64,000 bases of DNA from an uncultured bacterium (GTDB taxonomy: Bacteria > SAR324 > NAC60-12): NCBI GenBank assembly GCA_965662235.1, contig CBFIGY010000007.1, positions 32,001-96,000 of the forward strand, written 5' to 3'. The notes below the pieces were generated by a model that searched no databases, was not told the origin of the DNA, and saw only the letters and a program-made list of their open reading frames with translations. Numbering within the stretch: the stretch's first letter is position 1; each line of letters begins with the position of its first letter. The position numbers and the translations under genes were made by a program. Of this stretch, positions 59,014 to 64,000 are shown one piece after another.

Positions 59014-59511
59014 TCAGCTGGGGAGAGAGGTCTTGGGGGTGGGCTCGGTTGCCGGCGTTGCGTCGGGAGCTTTCGTGCTGGCTTCGGCAGCCGCCGTCTC
59101 GGCAGCCTCTTCCCGTGCGGCCACCTGCTTCTGAACGGCCTCGGCGATGGCTTTGGCGGCAGGACTCTTTTCTTCGGCCTGTTCCGCAGGCTTGCCCTCC
59201 ATCCGGTCTGCCAGCTTCTCCAAGTCCTCTCCTGAAGAAGGAGTCCGTCCCAAGGGATTGAAGGTCGAAGAGACGTTCCCGATGGTGTTCTGAACCTCGT
59301 CCTTGACCTCCTTGAGTTCCTTGACGTCCAGCTCCTTCTCAATCTGCGTCATCTCGTCCTGGACGGTGGTCCGGATGTCGTTGGTCGCACGTTTCAACTG
59401 AACCAGCCCGCGTCCCACGGAACGGATCACGTCCGGAAGCTGTTGCGGTCCAATGAAGATGAGGGCGATCACAACAATGATCACCATTTCGGGGAGGCCG
59501 ATGCCAAACAT
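59014..59511 (-). CDS. tatB: Sec-independent protein translocase subunit TatB (TatA/B family)
   Basis: MFGIGLPEMVIIVVIALIFIGPQQLP with a long charged tail. Confidence 0.85.
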   Translation of the reverse strand: MFGIGLPEMVIIVVIALIFIGPQQLPDVIRSVGRGLVQLKRATNDIRTTVQDEMTQIEKELDVKELKEVKDEVQNTIGNVSSTFNPLGRTPSSGEDLEKLADRMEGKPAEQAEEKSPAAKAIAEAVQKQVAAREEAAETAAAEASTKAPDATPATEPTPKTSLPS

Positions 59512-59599
59512 GAAGGTTCCTTATCGATGCTGCAGAAAGAGGTCCAAAGAGGCCCAATGCCAAAACGACATTTATATCGTGGAGTGAGAGCAAACGCAA

Positions 59600-61411
59600 A
59601 TGCCTGATGCCTGTATTGCCGTCCTGGACTTCGGAAGCCAGTACGCCCACCTCATTGCCAAGCGCATCCGTCAGGGAGGTGCTTATGCCGAAATCTTCTC
59701 TCCTGCGGCGTCGGTAGACGAGCTGGCGCATGCGCAGGGTCTGATTCTGTCCGGAGGTCCGGCGTCGGTGTTTGCCGCAGATGCGCCCGCCTTTAACCCA
59801 GAGTTGCTGGGACTGGAGATCCCCATTCTGGGCCTGTGTTACGGACACCAGCTCCTGGCCCAGACCTTTGGAGGCACCATTGAGAACACCGGGCAGGGGG
59901 AGTTCGGCAAAGCTCGTCTGCAGGCCACAGGGGCGTCACCGCTTTGGGAAGGGGTCTCGCTTCCCACGCAGGTGTGGATGAGCCACCAAGACAGCGTCAC
60001 CCAGCTTCCAGAGGGCTTTGTCTGTGTGGGAGAAACCCATCCGGGCGCCCATACGGCACTCCGGCACACGCAGCGTCCGGTTTTCACCTTCCAGTTTCAT
60101 CCGGAGGTCAAGGACTCCCACGGCGGTGACCAGATGCTGCAGAACTTCGCCCGCCTCTGTGGACTCGAAGGCACCTGGTCGATGGAGCAGTTTGTTGAAG
60201 ACACCTGCGCCCGCATTCAGGAAGAAGTCGGCTCGCGACGGGTCCTCATGTTCCTCAGTGGCGGCGTGGACTCTTCGGTGGCGTTTGCACTCCTCAACAC
60301 CGCTTTGGGCACCGACCGCGTCAAGGGGCTGTTCATCGACAACGGCTTCATGCGCCAGAATGAAGGCGTGCAGATCATGGAACGCTACCAGGCCCTCGGT
60401 TACTCCAACGTGGAAGCCCGGGACTACAGCGCCGCTTTTCTGGAGGCAGTCGCCGGAATCACTGACCCGCAGGAAAAGCGGCACCGCATTGGGGCCACCT
60501 TCATCCAGATGCGCGACCGCTTCCTCCAGGAACTCGACCTGCAGGCGGAAGACTGGGTCCTCGGGCAGGGAACCCTCTACCCGGATATCATTGAGTCCGG
60601 AGGCACCCAGCACGCCAATGTCATCAAGTCGCACCACAATCGGGTTCAGGAGGTGCTGGACCTGATGGCGTCCGGACACGTGGTGGAACCGCTGAAGGAA
60701 CTGTACAAGGATGAGGTTCGGCAGGTGGGAACGCTGTTGGGGCTCCCGGAGGCACTGGTCTGGCGGCACCCGTTTCCGGGACCGGGGCTGTCCATCAACG
60801 TCCTCTGTTCCGAGGGGGCGGATTCGTGTCCACCACAGACGGCGGAGCGCCTTCGGCAGCAGCTGGAGCCGCCGGTGGAAGTGGACGTCCTTCCTGTCCG
60901 GTCGGTTGGTGTGCAGGGCGACCTCCGGACCTACGCACCCCCGGCGGTGCTCTGGCAGACCCCTCGGGACTGGGACTGGCTGGAGGCGACCTCCATCACT
61001 CTGACCAACCGCGTCCGGGAGATCAACCGGGTGGTCCTAGGACTGGGGCGTAACCACGGGACCTCGTTTGCCGGAAGCACCTTTGTGGAGCGTTCGGCCT
61101 ACTGCACCAAAGACCGCCTAGACACCCTCCGGGAGGCGGACGCGCTGGCGACCCACGCCCTAGAAGCCAACGGGTTGATGCGAGACATCTTTCAGCTGCT
61201 GGTGATCCTGCTGCCGCTCTCTGCAGACGGCACCGGAGACAGCGTGGTGCTCCGCCCAGTGGTTTCAGAGGATGTGATGACGGCTCAGTTTGCCCGCCTC
61301 GACTGGACGCTTCTGGATCCGCTCACCGAGCAGCTGCTGGCGGTTCCCGGAATCGACGCCGTCTTTTACGACATCACCCACAAGCCCCCGGCCACCTTTG
61401 GGTGGGAGTAG
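59600..61411 (+). CDS. guaA: GMP synthase (glutamine-hydrolysing), long form
   Basis: LDFGSQY, LSGGP, LGLCYGHQ, QFHPEV, SGGVDS, QGTLYPDIIES, IKSHHN, HPFPGPGL, KPPATFGWE. Confidence 0.95.
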   Translation: MPDACIAVLDFGSQYAHLIAKRIRQGGAYAEIFSPAASVDELAHAQGLILSGGPASVFAADAPAFNPELLGLEIPILGLCYGHQLLAQTFGGTIENTGQGEFGKARLQATGASPLWEGVSLPTQVWMSHQDSVTQLPEGFVCVGETHPGAHTALRHTQRPVFTFQFHPEVKDSHGGDQMLQNFARLCGLEGTWSMEQFVEDTCARIQEEVGSRRVLMFLSGGVDSSVAFALLNTALGTDRVKGLFIDNGFMRQNEGVQIMERYQALGYSNVEARDYSAAFLEAVAGITDPQEKRHRIGATFIQMRDRFLQELDLQAEDWVLGQGTLYPDIIESGGTQHANVIKSHHNRVQEVLDLMASGHVVEPLKELYKDEVRQVGTLLGLPEALVWRHPFPGPGLSINVLCSEGADSCPPQTAERLRQQLEPPVEVDVLPVRSVGVQGDLRTYAPPAVLWQTPRDWDWLEATSITLTNRVREINRVVLGLGRNHGTSFAGSTFVERSAYCTKDRLDTLREADALATHALEANGLMRDIFQLLVILLPLSADGTGDSVVLRPVVSEDVMTAQFARLDWTLLDPLTEQLLAVPGIDAVFYDITHKPPATFGWE

Positions 61412-61431
61412 CCGACCCTAGGAAGCCGGCC

Positions 61432-61836
61432 TCAGTTCTGTTGACAGAACAGCTGGATCGCGTTTTGAACCACGCGGTCCGGAACCAACGCCTCTGCTTG
61501 GGCCTCTTGCGTCAGGAACTGGGCCCCTTGGCCAGCGCTTTCCCAGAAGTGCTTCCGGGTGGCACAGTTGAGGCTGAGGTTGCCAATGAAGGCCGCGGTC
61601 TTGCCTTCGCCAGTGATGGTCAGTCGAGCCTGTCCGGAGGTAGGCAGGGCGTCTGAAGCCATCAGGGGAAACGCCAACCAGTCGTTCCAGTAGCGCTCCA
61701 CTGCTTCTCGGTGGAGGAAAACGCCTCCACCCACAGGGGTTCCAACTTCCGGCGCGCCAGCGTCAACGGCTCCGGCACGGGCCAAACCCAGCCCCAGCAT
61801 CAGGAGGGCCGGGATTGGGTTCCTGAACGTCCTCAT
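61432..61836 (-). CDS. Hypothetical exported protein
   Basis: Signal-peptide-like N-terminus, two Cys; no family recognised. Confidence 0.6.
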   Translation of the reverse strand: MRTFRNPIPALLMLGLGLARAGAVDAGAPEVGTPVGGGVFLHREAVERYWNDWLAFPLMASDALPTSGQARLTITGEGKTAAFIGNLSLNCATRKHFWESAGQGAQFLTQEAQAEALVPDRVVQNAIQLFCQQN

Positions 61837-61855
61837 GTCACGCCTCTACGTCTCC

Positions 61856-63547
61856 TCACACGTCTTCCACAGGCAGCACGACGCGCAGCAGCTCCGGAGT
61901 GAGCCGACTCTTCTGCACCTGCACCTGCAGCTTTTCCCAAGCGGCCTGCAGAACAAATTGACTGAGTCCCTCTCCCTGAGGAACCTGTGTCAGCCGAAGC
62001 GCCATCCAGCAAGAAACAGCAATCCAGCCCGCCCGCAGGTAGGCGTCTGCGCTGGCTTCCCCCTGCTGGGGCTGCTTCCGGACGTCCAGCAGCTGTTCGC
62101 TGAGGGTGGCAAAGGCGTCCCAGACGCGTTCCGCCTGAGCAACTGACTCCGGAAGCGTGGCTCGCAAGGCGTCAGCCTCCTGACGGGCCTGCTTGAGGAA
62201 CACCTGCAGTCCACGGGCTTCGTCTCGCCAGAGCCGGCGCATGAGGAAGTCCTGAGCCTGCATGCCGGTGGTTCCTTCGTAAATGGCCGCAATGCGGATG
62301 TCCCGGACCGCCTGCTCCAGGGGCCAGTCCTGAGTGTATCCGGCGCCTCCGAGCACCTGCAGGGCGCCGCTGGCGGCTTCAAAACCGATTTCGGCGCCAA
62401 AGGTTTTCACCAGCGGGAGCATCCAGGACGCAAGGTCTGCGGATTCGCTGCGCTGGGTGTCGTCGCGGTCCTGTTGTGCCAAGTCCATGTGCGAAGCCAT
62501 TTCCAGCACCGCGGCCCGCAGCACCTCGGTCTGGCTCTTCACCTCCAGAAGCTGACGCTGCACATCCGGATGCTGCAGAAGAGGCAGCGGCTCCTCCGTG
62601 GGGGCACCTCCCTGACGTCGCTCCCGGGCATACTGCAGGGCAGTTTCCACTGCTCCAGAAGCCACCCCCAGCCCCTGACACCCCACCAGCAGGCGCATGA
62701 TCTCAATCATCCGAAACAGCTGCGGCAGTCCACGCTCAGGCTGACCCAGCAGTTCGGCCTCAGCGTCTTCAAAGAGAAGGGAGCAGGTGGGGGACCCGTG
62801 AATGCCCATTTTCTTCTCAATTCCGGCAACCGTGACGCCATTTGGGGCGCCGGAAGCAGTTTGGTTTGGCACCAGAAACAGGCTCAGGCCCCGTGTGCCA
62901 GGCTGGTCTCCGGTACGGGCCAGCAGGCAGTGCCCAATGCGGGCGGACAGGTCGTGATCTCCAAATGAAATCCAGATTTTTTGTCCGGAAACCTTCCAGC
63001 CGGTTTCCGTGGGAACCGCACGGGTGCGGATGCGTCCGACGTCGGAACCCGCCTCGGGCTCGGAAATGCAGATGGTCGCCGCCCACTCTCCAGAGACCAG
63101 CCGGGGCACCCACTCCTCAACCAGCTCCGGACGGGCCACCGAGGTGAGGAGGTGCAGGGCGGCATGAACCGCTCCGGGAGCCATCATGAAGGCCATGCAG
63201 GCGCGCTCAAAGAGCGGCTCACAGGCGGCATAGAGGCTCAGGGGCAGGCCCTGTCCTCCCAAGGCTTCCGGAGCCGTCATTCCCAGCCAGCCAGACGCGG
63301 TGAACTGCTGATACGCCTCCGGATAGCCCGCAGGCGTCCGCACCCGTCCTTCCTGCAGCGAGCAGCCTTGCTGATCGGCAGGGGCGTTTAGGGGAGCAAG
63401 GACCTGCTCTGCCACCTTGGCGGCTTCTTCGACAATGGTCCGGACGGTTTCAGCATCCAGATCGGGCTGAAGCTGCTGCACACGCTTCCAGCCGGGGGTG
63501 ACCTCCAGGAGGTGGAGGGTCTGACGTACCTGAGCCGCATAACTCAT
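61856..63547 (-). CDS. Acyl-CoA dehydrogenase (long, DmdC-like subfamily)
   Basis: LGGQGLP, ISEPEAGSDV, GQKIWIS, EKKMGIHGSPT, YARERRQG, GGAGY, IYEGTTGMQA. Confidence 0.88.
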   Translation of the reverse strand: MSYAAQVRQTLHLLEVTPGWKRVQQLQPDLDAETVRTIVEEAAKVAEQVLAPLNAPADQQGCSLQEGRVRTPAGYPEAYQQFTASGWLGMTAPEALGGQGLPLSLYAACEPLFERACMAFMMAPGAVHAALHLLTSVARPELVEEWVPRLVSGEWAATICISEPEAGSDVGRIRTRAVPTETGWKVSGQKIWISFGDHDLSARIGHCLLARTGDQPGTRGLSLFLVPNQTASGAPNGVTVAGIEKKMGIHGSPTCSLLFEDAEAELLGQPERGLPQLFRMIEIMRLLVGCQGLGVASGAVETALQYARERRQGGAPTEEPLPLLQHPDVQRQLLEVKSQTEVLRAAVLEMASHMDLAQQDRDDTQRSESADLASWMLPLVKTFGAEIGFEAASGALQVLGGAGYTQDWPLEQAVRDIRIAAIYEGTTGMQAQDFLMRRLWRDEARGLQVFLKQARQEADALRATLPESVAQAERVWDAFATLSEQLLDVRKQPQQGEASADAYLRAGWIAVSCWMALRLTQVPQGEGLSQFVLQAAWEKLQVQVQKSRLTPELLRVVLPVEDV

Positions 63548-63999
63548 GAGAGCCCCAGCAGACGCATGGCGTTTTCCTTCAGCACCAGCGGGCGGACCTC
63601 GTCCCGGATCTCAATCTTTTCAAAATCACTCAGCCAGCGTTCGGGACTGATCATGGGCCAGTCTGACCCGAACAGCATCTTGCGCTTGAGCAGGGTGTTG
63701 GTGTAACGCACCAGGATGGGCGGGAAGTACTTGGGAGACCATCCGGAGAGGTCGATGTACACGTTGGGCTTGTGGGTCGCAACGGCAAGGGCTTCTTCCT
63801 GCCAGGGAAACGACGGGTGCGCCATCACAATGGGCATGTCCGGAAAGTCAACCGCCACATCGTCGAGGTACATGGGATTGGAGTACTTGAGCCGCATGCT
63901 GTTGCCACCAGGCATTCCGGAGCCAACCCCGGTTTGTCCGGTGTGGAAGAGGGCAATCTTTCCCGACTCAGCAATTGCTTCATAGAGGGGGTAGGCGAG
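63544..63999 (-). CDS. Amidohydrolase-2 family protein (CouO-like); 5' part beyond window edge
   Basis: FHTGQTG, RLKYSNP, MAHPSFPW, YIDLSGWSPKYF, LFGSDWP; stop overlaps the ACAD start (ATGA). Confidence 0.85.
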   Translation of the reverse strand, partial: LAYPLYEAIAESGKIALFHTGQTGVGSGMPGGNSMRLKYSNPMYLDDVAVDFPDMPIVMAHPSFPWQEEALAVATHKPNVYIDLSGWSPKYFPPILVRYTNTLLKRKMLFGSDWPMISPERWLSDFEKIEIRDEVRPLVLKENAMRLLGLS

Positions 64000-64000
64000 C

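Overview
A gene-dense, GC-rich (roughly 60-63% by eye) stretch of bacterial core chromosome. Gene content suggests a deltaproteobacteria-like (possibly SAR324-like) organism, which is an inference only. It carries about 58 CDSs and two tRNAs (Cys-GCA, Pro-GGG). Recognisable genes include hemN, fabI, psd, ftsH, a MATE pump, acetolactate synthase, anmK-murQ-nagB, msrPQ, dnaE, rsfS-murB-ftsQ, moaC, bpt, ftsZ, secA, rlmH, recO, mreB, a DAHP synthase, gshB, an RNB nuclease, tatB and guaA. I found no IS element, prophage, CRISPR array or rRNA. Five observations stand out. (1) A 1517-aa single-chain acyl-CoA carboxylase fuses AccA-, AccD-, AccC- and AccB-like modules in the unusual order CTalpha-linker-CTbeta-BC-BCCP. 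(2) The palindrome TCCGGA is strongly over-represented across the window (HIP-like), alongside a CCTAG signature consistent with unrepaired Dcm-type 5mC deamination. (3) A eukaryote-type glutathione synthetase lies about 4.4 kb from a bacterial GshB-type enzyme. (4) FtsZ lacks its entire C-terminal tail. (5) Smaller items: a long-form (human-like) GMP synthase, a ~70-aa insertion in DnaE, a LacI-type operator at nagB, and small genes missed by the ORF track. All calls come from motif recognition by eye; no searches were run.
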